From Candidatus Hermodarchaeota archaeon (lineage in GTDB: Archaea; Asgardarchaeota; Thorarchaeia; Thorarchaeales; Thorarchaeaceae), in the NCBI GenBank assembly GCA_048885865.1, contig JBHLLF010000007.1, positions 62,776 through 116,603 of the forward strand: a stretch of 53,828 bases of DNA, written 5' to 3'. Below are positions 19,397 through 29,050 of the stretch, one piece after another (positions within the stretch are counted from its first letter, which is position 1; each line of letters starts with the position of its first letter). The notes beneath the pieces were generated by a model that was given only the letters and a program-made list of their open reading frames with translations, did no database searches and was not told where the DNA came from. Both the position numbers and the translations under genes were made by a program.

Positions 19397-20221
19397 ATGA
19401 GTATTGATATTGACAGTGCAACAATAGAAGAATTCCAGAACAGGGTAATGACCTGGTGGAGGGAGAATGCAAGAAACCTCCCGTGGAGAGAGAACGCTTC
19501 CCCCTACAATGTACTGGTGTCAGAGGTCATGCTCCAGCAGACACAGGTCAGTCGCGTGATTCCAAAGTATCTCGAGTTCCTAGAAGCATTCCCAAACATG
19601 GAAAGCCTTGCCGGAGCTGAAACCAAACGATTGTTGCAGGTATGGAGCGGACTTGGTTACAATAGAAGGGCTATATGGCTGAGAGAAGCTGCAAGAGAGA
19701 TTGCGAACAGGGGATCATTCCCCAGGACTGCGAAGGAATTGTGTTCGCTCAAGGGAATAGGACCCTATACATCACGGTCGATTCTGATTTTTGCTTTCAA
19801 TGAAGATTTAGCAGCCATTGACACCAACATTCGCAGAGTGTTGATCGCTAGTGGTTTTGCGACTGAAGAGATGTCTGAATGCAAACTGCAAACGGTAGCG
19901 AATCGGTTGCTGCTCCAGGGTCGTTCTAGTGATTGGCACAATGCCCTGATGGACTATGGGTCGGAGGTCCTGACGTCAAATGCAACTGGTATATCTTCAA
20001 CATCGAGCCAGCCCAGTTTCGTAGGATCCAGTCGGCAAGTGCGCGGTGCGATTGTCAGACATCTTACCTGTACCGACTCTCTCAGTCTTCAAGAGATTCT
20101 AGAAGTGCTGAGCCAAGAGGGCATTGACATCGGTTTTCCCGAGAAGACGCTTGAACAACTTATCGAAGAAGGATTCATAGAACGAACAGATAATGACAAG
20201 TTCAGGATAACTGAATGCTAG
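19397..20221 (+). CDS. MutY-like HhH-GPD DNA glycosylase lacking Fe-S cysteines, with C-terminal wHTH
   Basis: RNLPWR, VSEVMLQQTQV, WSGLGYNRRA, LKGIGPYT, DTNIRRV, ALMDYG. Confidence 0.88.
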   Translation: MSIDIDSATIEEFQNRVMTWWRENARNLPWRENASPYNVLVSEVMLQQTQVSRVIPKYLEFLEAFPNMESLAGAETKRLLQVWSGLGYNRRAIWLREAAREIANRGSFPRTAKELCSLKGIGPYTSRSILIFAFNEDLAAIDTNIRRVLIASGFATEEMSECKLQTVANRLLLQGRSSDWHNALMDYGSEVLTSNATGISSTSSQPSFVGSSRQVRGAIVRHLTCTDSLSLQEILEVLSQEGIDIGFPEKTLEQLIEEGFIERTDNDKFRITEC

Positions 20222-20279
20222 CTCGTTTTTGTCATCTTCTATCCCATTTCTGCATCGCTTACGTCTATGATTAACTTAA

Positions 20280-20315
20280 TATACTCAAGTAAAATAGATT
20301 ATACTTGAGTAAAAT
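20280..20315. promoter_or_regulatory. Tandem TetR-type operator
   Basis: TATACTCAAGTAAAAT and TATACTTGAGTAAAAT, 20 bp apart; cores TACTCAAGTA and TACTTGAGTA are reverse complements; directly upstream of the TetR gene. Confidence 0.75.
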
Positions 20316-20318
20316 CTG

Positions 20319-21017
20319 GTGGTTCACATGGGTCGACAAGACAGGATTGATAGCACCAAGCAAAAGAGATTGGAGCGTGAACGTTTGTTGCGTCGAAATG
20401 CAATAATCGACGTTGCTGAAGATTTCTTCATCCGCGAGGGCTATGAACGCACAATGGTGGATAAGATTGCACTTGAGGCAGGATACACCAAAGCTACAAT
20501 CTACAACTACTTCGACTCAAAAGACGACCTTTACATGGCAGTAGCATCAAGAGCCTTTGAACACATGCACAGAATCATGAAAGGGACTCTCTCACGCCCT
20601 GAGACAACATATGAGCTGCGCGCCCTAGGAGATGCCTATCTTGCCTTTGTAGACCAATATCCAGACCATGCGGTGATTATGGACTCGGGTCAACTGAGTG
20701 TCGCATTCAACGTAATTGTCAGGAAGGAGAAGGCAAAGAAGCCCTTGACGGAAAGTGAAACTGAGCTTCGACAGCATCAGATGACTATTGAGAAGCTTAT
20801 GATTGATGTCGTGACTCAGACCATGGAGAATTCTGGAGTCCAAAGAAAGGCGGATCCTTTTGCTGTAGTCTATGCCCTGAGCACCTTGGGACTTGCAATC
20901 AGAGAGCTTGTGATGCGTGGAAAGACAGGTGACCTACCAGAGGAACAGACCAGAGAGTATCTCTCGGTCTTATTCAATATAATAGATCAAGGATTGAAGC
21001 ATTACGATGCAGAGTAA
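20319..21017 (+). CDS. TetR/AcrR family transcriptional regulator
   Basis: IIDVAEDFF..GYERTMVDKIALEAGYTKATIYNYFDSKDDL. Confidence 0.93.
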   Translation: MVHMGRQDRIDSTKQKRLERERLLRRNAIIDVAEDFFIREGYERTMVDKIALEAGYTKATIYNYFDSKDDLYMAVASRAFEHMHRIMKGTLSRPETTYELRALGDAYLAFVDQYPDHAVIMDSGQLSVAFNVIVRKEKAKKPLTESETELRQHQMTIEKLMIDVVTQTMENSGVQRKADPFAVVYALSTLGLAIRELVMRGKTGDLPEEQTREYLSVLFNIIDQGLKHYDAE

Positions 21018-21474
21018 ATTACAGGAATTAGAAGTAATCAACAATCGGAAAAGCGCCACCACTTCCAAAGTTGTGGGATTTGTAAGGATTATCGGAATGG
21101 CCCTAATCTGGGCGTTCATTATTGCTGCCGTTGTAGGATGCGCAGCTGCCGCTCTTTGGACAGTGATACCTACCGAGATGCTTGAATGGGGTGCAAGCAG
21201 ACCTAACCTTCTGGGATATGTTTCTCACTGTTCCTTTGTTCCAATCAGTACAGGAATTCTTTCTGTCGTTTCATTACTAGGGATTCTAATAGCTTGGAAA
21301 TTGAAAAGCGGTAGAGAAATTGCCAGCGGCGTCTTCATTGGTACTGCAGGGGGACTCCTTGTGGGGATGCTTGGAGGATTTGACATAGCCATGTTCATGG
21401 GTATGGGAGCCGGTATTGGAGTCGGGTTAGTCCTAGGTATTCTCATTGGACTTTTCAGGAGACCCGTGCAATGA
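21007..21474 (+). CDS. Gly-rich membrane protein
   Basis: About four TM segments; overlaps both neighbours (operon). Confidence 0.75.
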   Translation: MQSKLQELEVINNRKSATTSKVVGFVRIIGMALIWAFIIAAVVGCAAAALWTVIPTEMLEWGASRPNLLGYVSHCSFVPISTGILSVVSLLGILIAWKLKSGREIASGVFIGTAGGLLVGMLGGFDIAMFMGMGAGIGVGLVLGILIGLFRRPVQ

Positions 21475-21974
21475 AGAAAGCGCTTGTATTGTATCATTCT
21501 CTTTATGGAAACACGAGAGCTGTTGCCATGAGTCTTGCCGAGGGCATTAGAGAAGGTGGTATTGAAACAGACTGTCTGAGTATTAATGAGGTTGATTTCC
21601 AAGAGATACCCGGCTATGATTTTATTGCCATTGGTGGGCCAACACACATAATTCGTACTTCAAAAGAAATGAAAGACTTCCTCCAGAGACTCAAGTCCCA
21701 TGATTTGAGGGGACACACTGGATTCGCTTTTGATACGAGGAATATTTCTCGAATGAACAGTAAGAGTTGGTTGGTACTCGAAAACAGCGCGGCAAGAAGA
21801 ATCGAAGGTTCGATGAAGAGATTGAAGATCAAGATTCTTGCGCCACGTGCATCTGCCATAGTTGAGGGACGTGAAGGCCCCTTGGATGTAGGAGTTGAAG
21901 ATAGGTTCGTTGAAATCGGGAGGGAGCTTGGCAGAGCTATTGCTCTCCAGACCCCTCTTCCAAGATCCCAATGA
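21471..21974 (+). CDS. Flavodoxin-family protein
   Basis: YHSLYGNT, IAIGGPT, AFDTR. Confidence 0.9.
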   Translation: MKKALVLYHSLYGNTRAVAMSLAEGIREGGIETDCLSINEVDFQEIPGYDFIAIGGPTHIIRTSKEMKDFLQRLKSHDLRGHTGFAFDTRNISRMNSKSWLVLENSAARRIEGSMKRLKIKILAPRASAIVEGREGPLDVGVEDRFVEIGRELGRAIALQTPLPRSQ

Positions 21975-22063
21975 GCAATGCTATTCGCATTCTTGAATTG
22001 CTCCTGCTCCAGACTTCGCAGGTTGTGCAAAATCTATATCGACCTCTAGGAAATGGTGACTCA

Positions 22064-22699
22064 ATGACTCCAGAAAGAAATCCAGAATTCTTCGACCGAT
22101 GGGCAGCTGACTATGACTGGTTTGTTGAAGGCTGGGCAAACAGCTTTCCATTTGAAGGCTATGACAAGCTTTTGGATAGGATAGTCGAGCTAGCAGATCC
22201 GCAACCGGGCATGAAGATTCTAGATATGGGAATAGGGACCGGAAACCTTGCAGAACGATTCATCGGCACGGGCTGTGAGATGTGGGGCATTGACTTCTCC
22301 GGAAATATGCTAGAAGAGGCAAGGAGAAAAATGCCCTCTGCCCATCTACTGCAGGCCGACATCCTCGCTGAATGGCCTTCAGAACTAAAGACTGGATTTG
22401 ATAGGATAGTTTCAGCATATGTCTTCCATCATTTCAATCTGGAAACGAAACTCAAGGTCATTGAAAGAATTCTGAATGAGCTGCTTCGAGATAACGGGAG
22501 AATAATTATCGGTGACACGTCGTATCCATCTTTTGCCGCTAGAGCGAATGCACGGAAGGAATTGATAGACGTGTGGGATGACACAGAATTCTATTGGGCT
22601 GCTGACGAGATCAAGCTCATGTCATGGGGGAATAGTGCGCATATTGTCTATGAGCAAATCTCGTCATGCGGTGGTGTATATCTCATCGTGCCTGCATAG
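22064..22699 (+). CDS. Class I SAM-dependent methyltransferase
   Basis: FDRWAADYD, ILDMGIGTGNL, GIDFS, FDRIVSAYVFHH; GGTGA SD before ATG 22064. Confidence 0.9.
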   Translation: MTPERNPEFFDRWAADYDWFVEGWANSFPFEGYDKLLDRIVELADPQPGMKILDMGIGTGNLAERFIGTGCEMWGIDFSGNMLEEARRKMPSAHLLQADILAEWPSELKTGFDRIVSAYVFHHFNLETKLKVIERILNELLRDNGRIIIGDTSYPSFAARANARKELIDVWDDTEFYWAADEIKLMSWGNSAHIVYEQISSCGGVYLIVPA

Positions 22700-22723
22700 A
22701 TAGTATCAAGCCAGATGACAGGA

Positions 22724-22948
22724 TTAGATGCTCATACAGGTCTCTGTTCTTGTAACTCCATCTGACTCATGGAATTTATCGACGAGGCGTCTGAATCCTG
22801 AACGCTCTGGTAGCTCCGCGATGGCGATGACATCATACGGGCCAGTTACCATGTAGGCCTTCTGAACTTCTTCAATTTCCTCAGCAACAGCACAGACTTC
22901 TGCCGCTTTTCCGGGTCTTACTTGAATGAGTACAATGACCGCGACCAT
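22724..22948 (-). CDS. Stand-alone Lrp/AsnC ligand-binding (RAM) domain protein
   Basis: VLIQVRPGK..VTGPYDVIA..GVTRTET. Confidence 0.88.
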   Translation of the reverse strand: MVAVIVLIQVRPGKAAEVCAVAEEIEEVQKAYMVTGPYDVIAIAELPERSGFRRLVDKFHESDGVTRTETCMSI

Positions 22949-23042
22949 AACACTACCTTCCTTGGATGCGAGCGAACAGCCTACAATACGAACCCATTCC
23001 AGAAAAGGATAGCTCTCCGCCGCTTCTCGGGAATAGGCAAAA

Positions 23043-23092
23043 TTTATATACAAATTTGTATTACGTAATACGTAATTGCTATACGCAATACG
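23043..23092 (+). promoter_or_regulatory. TATA box plus ATACG heptad-repeat operator, site A
   Basis: TTTATATA followed by TATTACGTAATACGTAA..TATACGCAATACG. Confidence 0.6.
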
Positions 23093-23113
23093 CGAATAAC
23101 AAGGTGATGATGA

Positions 23114-23641
23114 TTGAGCGGGACTGAAGGTATTCGGGCCATAGCGAACGAGATTCTTAGAGGATCAGTGCTTAGCATAGCAGAACCTATAGTACACCCG
23201 GGACTAGCAATTATTCCCATCATTAGGAATAATGGGCATGACCGAGACATCTCTCGAATTACGCGGTCCACTCGCAAAGCCATCATAATGGGTCTTCCTC
23301 AACATGCATGCGGAGCAATCATCCTCAACTCTGAAGGAGAAGTTGTAGCGTTCAAGCTCCATCGTGGTATTAGGGCATTCTGGGCACGACTCGGATTCAT
23401 TCAAAAGCTCGTGGTAAGCCTCTACGAAAAAGAGAGCCAGCCAATTGGCAAAGCAACAGCTCTTGCCAAAGCAGTCGTATTCCTAGCGCGATTGAGAGAC
23501 TCAGGCCCTGAGGGGATTATGAACAACTCAAGATTCGATTACTTTGCAATCGGATTCACAGACATTCCCACGCAACAGGAGGCATTCTCGAACTCCTTGG
23601 GGTCCACAGCCCACATTCTATACAGCGCTGTAGCTGGATAG
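23114..23641 (+). CDS. Hypothetical protein, possibly a shortened ARPP-1/DUF6569-like domain
   Basis: AGGTGA SD; LSIAEPIVHPGLAIIPII N-terminus and GAII..GEVVAF..QKLVVSLY C-terminal part; family call tentative. Confidence 0.6.
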   Translation: MSGTEGIRAIANEILRGSVLSIAEPIVHPGLAIIPIIRNNGHDRDISRITRSTRKAIIMGLPQHACGAIILNSEGEVVAFKLHRGIRAFWARLGFIQKLVVSLYEKESQPIGKATALAKAVVFLARLRDSGPEGIMNNSRFDYFAIGFTDIPTQQEAFSNSLGSTAHILYSAVAG

Positions 23642-23695
23642 GCGGGAATAGAGTATGTTATTCTCTTCATCATGACATGATAATTGATTCAGATC

Positions 23696-23728
23696 TGGGG
23701 AGGGGGGAGGCCCCTCTCATTTCTCTTT
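23696..23728 (+). terminator. GC hairpin plus pyrimidine tract
   Basis: GAGGGG..CCCCTC followed by TCATTTCTCTTT. Confidence 0.5.
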
Positions 23729-23899
23729 AGAAATGGACCGTTTTCCGGTGAAGACATGTTGCACGTACGATGAGGGCTACTGTTTCTACAAGAAAAATCC
23801 AAAGCAGAGAAACGTCTTGTGAGTCGACTTCCATCCGCTCTGAATTATTCTGAATCAGTCATGCTTGGAATGATAAAGAATATCGCTGCGAGCACAGAG

Positions 23900-24445
23900 T
23901 CAAGCTTCTTGTATCAGGCGGTCCAACTCCGTTATCCGATCGGTGATTATCTTCCGTATTGGTCGAACGCCCAAAGAGTCTGTGATACCCAAAGCATGCT
24001 GTAGTGTTTCACGTGCATCCCGGACTCGACCTTGATTCTCATAGAGATCCGACCTGATGAGTGCGGCCTGCATTGCAATACCATGGAGACATCGAGTTTC
24101 CGCATGGGTTTCAAGTCTGGAAAGCCACCTTCCTGGCATGCCGCTCCAATCTGAAGGTCTAGAACAATCGTCGACAACCTCTGCACGCGCCAGAGCCAGT
24201 AATGACCAATTCTGAAGCATAACGTGATTGATCTTCTCAAAGATCTCAAATGCTTGTTCAAGAGTGCTTAGAGCGGTTGAAGTGTCCCCTTTTGCCAGTT
24301 CAAGTAATCCAGAAGCATGATAGTATCGTCCTAGCCATAGTTCCCTACCGGTTCTCACTATCTGTGAATGTGCGACGCGCAGGTATTCATCCGCCTCATC
24401 CACTCGGCCCAGCAGTATCAAGACATTGGCCTTTGCAAAGTACAA
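23900..24445 (-). pseudogene. 5'-truncated TPR-like protein fragment
   Basis: TPR-like helices (YFAKANVLILLGRVDEA, ASGLLELAKGDTSTALSTLEQAFEI); starts mid-repeat at a TTG with no SD. Confidence 0.6.
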
Positions 24446-24498
24446 GCTTAGCCAAGCTTTGCGATGAATCTTTCGAACCAGTGATGAATGGAGACAAG

Positions 24499-24545
24499 AT
24501 ATATATACAAGTATCGTTTATACTTTATACACGATACGCGATACG
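24499..24545 (+). promoter_or_regulatory. TATA box plus ATACG heptad operator, site B
   Basis: ATATATACAA..TATACACGATACG-CGATACG (24526-24545). Confidence 0.6.
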
Positions 24546-24580
24546 TAAAACATGTGTCGCGGAAAAAGTAGGTGATTGTC

Positions 24581-24970
24581 ATGGAGAAAACTATTGGATC
24601 CGAAAGAACCAGAATTGGCTTTGGAGGATTAGACGAGAACTATATAGAAGAACACAAAGAAACCGCTCCGCCAATCAGGACCGAAACTGGCTCCTTTGAA
24701 GCTGCGCGTATATATGCAAAGCCCCTAGGCGGAATAGCAGCAGCCTTTGCCCTTCTAGCATTGCCAGCGCTGACTCTGCCAGGATTGGCGATCTTCGTTC
24801 TGATTGGAGAGATCTATCTCATTGACTGGACATACTCCATGTTCTCTGAAGCTAGGTCTGCAGGTGCCAAGTTGACTGATACCAGGGCTCTGGAGAAGGA
24901 TGCTCGTCCTGAGGATGAGATTGACAAGTTTGCTGCGCGGACAGGACCAAAGGATCAGTTTACAAGGTAG
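24581..24970 (+). CDS. Small two-TM membrane protein
   Basis: AGGTGA SD; hydrophobic hairpin in the middle. Confidence 0.75.
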   Translation: MEKTIGSERTRIGFGGLDENYIEEHKETAPPIRTETGSFEAARIYAKPLGGIAAAFALLALPALTLPGLAIFVLIGEIYLIDWTYSMFSEARSAGAKLTDTRALEKDARPEDEIDKFAARTGPKDQFTR

Positions 24971-25001
24971 ACGCCACTTGAGGGTAATCAGACGTAAGTC
25001 G

Positions 25002-25040
25002 TATACACGATACGGAAGTTTATATAGCTCGTATCGATAC
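25002..25040 (+). promoter_or_regulatory. ATACG operator site C flanking the TATA box of the RHH gene
   Basis: TATACACGATACG (25002-25014), TTTATATA (25019-25026), palindrome GTATCGATAC (25031-25040). Confidence 0.62.
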
Positions 25041-25060
25041 AGAAACATGGGTTGAGCAAA

Positions 25061-25396
25061 ATGGCAAAGAAGAATGAAGAGACACCCACCATAGCACGCC
25101 CCGGCTTACGTGAGAAGCTCCTGAGTAAATTGGCTGCGGACGGTTTTGGGGAAGAAGAGAGGGACGTTCCCGTTGTTGCACGAATGAATAAGAAAGTCGT
25201 CGCAACACTCGACTCACTTGTTTCACTTGGTATATTCAAGAGCCGATCTGAGGCTGCTGCTGCGTTGGTAGAAGCAGCTATCTCATCCAGGGAAGACCTC
25301 TTCAATGAAATCAAGGCGCAGGCTGCCAGTCTAAGTCGTACACAAGATGAAGCCATGAAAGAAGCTCAGGATGCAGTGCTAGAGAGATTGGGGTAA
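25061..25396 (+). CDS. Ribbon-helix-helix (CopG/Arc/MetJ-like) regulator with coiled-coil tail
   Basis: VVARMNKKVVATLDSLVSLGIFKSRSEAAAALV. Confidence 0.8.
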   Translation: MAKKNEETPTIARPGLREKLLSKLAADGFGEEERDVPVVARMNKKVVATLDSLVSLGIFKSRSEAAAALVEAAISSREDLFNEIKAQAASLSRTQDEAMKEAQDAVLERLG

Positions 25397-25405
25397 GTCA
25401 CTCAC

Positions 25406-25966
25406 TCAAACTGCGGCCTCATAGGCCTGCTTTAGCCATGCAAGCAACTCAGCATCAACTTCCTTTTCATCTGTTAGTCTGACTCTGTGGCTGCACATGG
25501 AGTTCCAGCTGCCAGACGCTTCCATGCGGGCTGTTGGTTTCTCACCCTTCAGAATTATCCCAACATCAATCCTGGTCTTTGTTGAAGGCTGGACAATCGC
25601 AAATTGCTTCTTTCTTCTCAGACTGACATAGCCTTTCTTAGGTGCGATCTCAACGTCAGTTCCGAACTTCTCTACAGCCTTCCGGATGCTCTCATAGATT
25701 GGTTTCAGGTTTGATTTTGCTCCTGCGTATTGAGCCTCCACCAACTCTTCATCGGTCTGTCTGCCTTCTGTGATGTCTCGAATGACATGAGCTAATGTGT
25801 TTGCATACCCATATGTGAGCCCATGTTCATCTTTCAGGAAGGTACGAATCTGGCCGTGCTTTACAAGCTTCTTCGACTGTACGATCTTTACCCATTGATC
25901 AACTGTCTTTCCAGTTTCTTCAGCTACCTTCTCCATCATCTTGGCTGTCATTTCATCTCGGTTCAT
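25406..25966 (-). CDS. DUF4287/DUF5655 domain protein
   Basis: TGKTVDQW..HGQI..LKDEHGLTYGYAN; APKKGYVSLRRKKQFA..WLKQAY. Confidence 0.85.
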   Translation of the reverse strand: MNRDEMTAKMMEKVAEETGKTVDQWVKIVQSKKLVKHGQIRTFLKDEHGLTYGYANTLAHVIRDITEGRQTDEELVEAQYAGAKSNLKPIYESIRKAVEKFGTDVEIAPKKGYVSLRRKKQFAIVQPSTKTRIDVGIILKGEKPTARMEASGSWNSMCSHRVRLTDEKEVDAELLAWLKQAYEAAV

Positions 25967-26073
25967 CGTCAATGAATCTCCCTCCGGATCGGTAATATTT
26001 ACTATTGTTAATTTTATGAGTCTTCTGAAATGACAAAATAGACACTATTCACACTCACTGTCAGATGAAAGAC

Positions 26074-27519
26074 CTATTCAGAGAGGGGGAGTGTGATTCG
26101 AAATGTAGCCCCAGCTTCCGTACTATCGAGATCAATGGTGCCCCCGCATGCAATTATGATCTGTTTAGTCAGATATAGACCCAGACCCTTGTCTCCATGC
26201 GGATCACTTCTAATGAAAAGTGTCCTACGCACTGCTTCAGGAATGCCCGGTCCATTATCAGCAACGACTATTACTAGGTTCTCATTCTCGACTAGAACAC
26301 GAATGTTGACTTCTGCGTCACTTCCCGCATGTTCTGCCGCATTACGAAGGAGATTGTCCATTGCAATGGGAAGCAATGACCCTGCAGGACTCCTTAGATG
26401 GATTGCACCAGAATCGACATACACCTGAACTTTCAGTCCCATGCTCACTTGTTCTGCTTGACTGGCGACTTCCTTGAGCATTGGCACAATATCAATGCTC
26501 GAGGGTGTAACATCGCTCTTGAAGGTCTTGATCAGATTGGTCATTCGAAGAGCTGCCGCCTGTGCTGATTCAAGCATTTCAGTTGCTTTTGCCTTATCCT
26601 TCTTGAACAGCAGCAGAGAGCTTTCGACATAACCAAGTACAGCTTGAAGATCGTTGCCTATGTCGTGGCTCATTAGTGATGCATAGAGGTCTATGACGCG
26701 CCTCTGTTGTTCACGCTCTTCAGCAGTTCTTCGCCTCATTGTAACGTCTGAAACCACAACTATATGACCGGTGATGCGGCCATCCCGTTCTCGACTACTT
26801 ACAAAAGACACGGCCAGGTATGTCTTTGACCCATCATCCTGCTCCAGAGCCACATCGAATTCCACAGGAACATCTGAGCTGGTGCCATTGTCCTCCAAGA
26901 TTGACTTAACATCCGTTAGCAGAAGGTCTGACATCATCGCACCCTGTAACTGACTACCGTCTAGCTGAAGTATCTGAGACAGGCCTTGGTTGTATATAGT
27001 GACTCGGCCTTCTGCATCTAACATCGCGACTCCAACTGGCATAGCTGCAACTAGAGAGTGGAATCTCCTTTCTCTCTCGGCAACATCTACAACCCAATTG
27101 TATATCCCAATGACTGAGATGACGACTCCAGCTCCCAGGAACAGAGTGAGGTTGTCCTGATAGAACTGAATCAATGTATCAAGAATTTCCGAACCGAATG
27201 GATAGGATAGGTCAACAAGGTTGATGAGGCCTGAATGGACTGCGGTATAGAAGAAGAAGGCCCATCCCAATTGAAGGGGTATTCGAGCAGTGCGCTTCTC
27301 TATTGATCTTTCGAATATCAGAATCAGAAAGAAGATGACTCCAGAAATTGTGAACATAATGAATACATCATTGAATTCCGGAGGCTCTCGCGGCTGATAA
27401 ACGGAATAGTAGGCGATGGCCTGTATTGATGCCATGAATATGAGAAGCAGTGAAACAATAACATGCCTAGAGATGCTTCTCAATCCCATGCTATTGCCAA
27501 GACCCATAGAGTTCCTCAC
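26074..27519 (-). CDS. Membrane PAS-domain sensor histidine kinase (no adjacent response regulator)
   Basis: N-terminal TMs, PAS, SHDIGNDL (H-box), NLLRNA, DNGPG, GLGL. Confidence 0.9.
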   Translation of the reverse strand: MRNSMGLGNSMGLRSISRHVIVSLLLIFMASIQAIAYYSVYQPREPPEFNDVFIMFTISGVIFFLILIFERSIEKRTARIPLQLGWAFFFYTAVHSGLINLVDLSYPFGSEILDTLIQFYQDNLTLFLGAGVVISVIGIYNWVVDVAERERRFHSLVAAMPVGVAMLDAEGRVTIYNQGLSQILQLDGSQLQGAMMSDLLLTDVKSILEDNGTSSDVPVEFDVALEQDDGSKTYLAVSFVSSRERDGRITGHIVVVSDVTMRRRTAEEREQQRRVIDLYASLMSHDIGNDLQAVLGYVESSLLLFKKDKAKATEMLESAQAAALRMTNLIKTFKSDVTPSSIDIVPMLKEVASQAEQVSMGLKVQVYVDSGAIHLRSPAGSLLPIAMDNLLRNAAEHAGSDAEVNIRVLVENENLVIVVADNGPGIPEAVRRTLFIRSDPHGDKGLGLYLTKQIIIACGGTIDLDSTEAGATFRITLPLSE

Positions 27520-27637
27520 ATCCTAGAAGGCCACTTGACTTCTAAATATCCCTGCAATTATCTTTGTTGCGTACAGTGTAAGAACCCTCAGACCCTTATA
27601 TGAGTCTGCAGATATACATGAATGCTGTTATAGGGAG

Positions 27638-28504
27638 TTGATTCCAATTTCTGAAGAAAATCTCCGTTTGAATCGAGAATTCATTGGGAAGATGTACAGT
27701 GCCGGCCCCATACTTGTCGATGCAGACAGTATTCGTCACTATGCTCTAGCCACCAATGAGAGGAATTCGCTATACACTGAGGAACAAGAGGACAAAGAAT
27801 TGATTGCACCACCAATATACCCAGTTGTATTCATTCCGCCTCTCCTTGAACAGCTCGTGGAAGAGGGAGAGGCAATGGGTCTTGATATTTTGAGGGTGGT
27901 TCATGCTGAACAAGAGATGACTTGGAATAGCGTAATTCGCCCCGGGGATGAAATCTATTCATCAGCTAAGATTGTAGAAATGAAGAAGCTGGGAGTGAAT
28001 GAGATGCTTGAGTTGGAGATTCTCTGCATGCGCCAAGACGAGCTTGTGGTGAAGATGCAATATCGCTTGATGCTCAGAGGAGAAAGCAAAAGTGAGCCAA
28101 AAAAAGCGAAACCTGTTGAGGTTCAGGACAGGGGAAGGAAGATTGCTGAGCAGAAAGTGTTTGTCACAGAGGACCAAGGCATAAGATATGCAGAAGCCTC
28201 TGGCGACCACAATCCAATTCACACTAGTGATGAGGTTGCGAAACTCGCAGGTCTCCCAAAGTCCATACTTCAGGGGCTGTGCACAATGGCCATTGCATCA
28301 CAGGCAATAGTAGATGAACTGCTGAATGGAGACCCATCTCGTTTAAAGATCATGAGGGTACGCTTCTCGAAACCAGTCTTAATGGGACAGGAATTGACCA
28401 CGGAGATATATGAAGCTGAACCAAAGGCACGCACTGTTCACTTTGAAACCAAGGATTCGAACGGAATCCCCGTCTTGACTCGTGGTACTGCAGAATATGT
28501 TTAG
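27638..28504 (+). CDS. Double hot-dog MaoC-family dehydratase
   Basis: VVHAEQE; YAEASGDHNPIH..GLPKSILQGL..RFSKPV. Confidence 0.9.
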   Translation: MIPISEENLRLNREFIGKMYSAGPILVDADSIRHYALATNERNSLYTEEQEDKELIAPPIYPVVFIPPLLEQLVEEGEAMGLDILRVVHAEQEMTWNSVIRPGDEIYSSAKIVEMKKLGVNEMLELEILCMRQDELVVKMQYRLMLRGESKSEPKKAKPVEVQDRGRKIAEQKVFVTEDQGIRYAEASGDHNPIHTSDEVAKLAGLPKSILQGLCTMAIASQAIVDELLNGDPSRLKIMRVRFSKPVLMGQELTTEIYEAEPKARTVHFETKDSNGIPVLTRGTAEYV

Positions 28505-28962
28505 CCAAGGAATGTATCTTGACTTACACGCACAGTATATACCTCTCCAGTCGCACACTTGTCCTCCCCAGAATATAGCGAGCATGAAACAGTAATCTTT
28601 GACCCATCGATCTTTGTAACTCGTGCCCTGAGTGTCACGGGCTTGTCAATCGGTGTTGGTCGTAGAAACCGAATCGACAGTCCTGATGTCACATACATGA
28701 AATGATCCTCACCACTCCCTTCAGCCTTGTGCGCAATGGCATTCGCAGTCCCTGTCCCATGACAGTCAATGATTGTAGCTATGATGCCACCATTGAGAAT
28801 GCCGGGAAAAGCCAGATGATGTGCTTTTGGCTCCCATACTGCTACAGTCTCTTCATCTTCCCAGTAGCTCTTTAGTTGAAGGCCGTGTTCATTGTTCTTC
28901 CCACACCCATAGCAGAGTGTGCCTTCGTACGGCCAGTAGTCCTGGATTGCTTCTTTTAACAT
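28501..28962 (-). CDS. PaaI-family thioesterase
   Basis: CYGCGKNNEHGL, GILNGGIIATIIDCH, FLRPTP. Confidence 0.9.
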   Translation of the reverse strand: MLKEAIQDYWPYEGTLCYGCGKNNEHGLQLKSYWEDEETVAVWEPKAHHLAFPGILNGGIIATIIDCHGTGTANAIAHKAEGSGEDHFMYVTSGLSIRFLRPTPIDKPVTLRARVTKIDGSKITVSCSLYSGEDKCATGEVYTVRVSQDTFLG

Positions 28963-29050
28963 GTCAGTCCCACCCGGGAGTTCAATTCTTGGAACAACTC
29001 ACATAGAATAAGCATATTGCTAGGTGCTGTTACTGCTTCTCAAAGTGGAA

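Noticed and set aside
23043-25040. CRISPR array or replication-origin iterons
   Set aside because: Repeats are 7-13 bp, have no spacers, are tied to promoters, and there are no cas or orc1/cdc6 genes.
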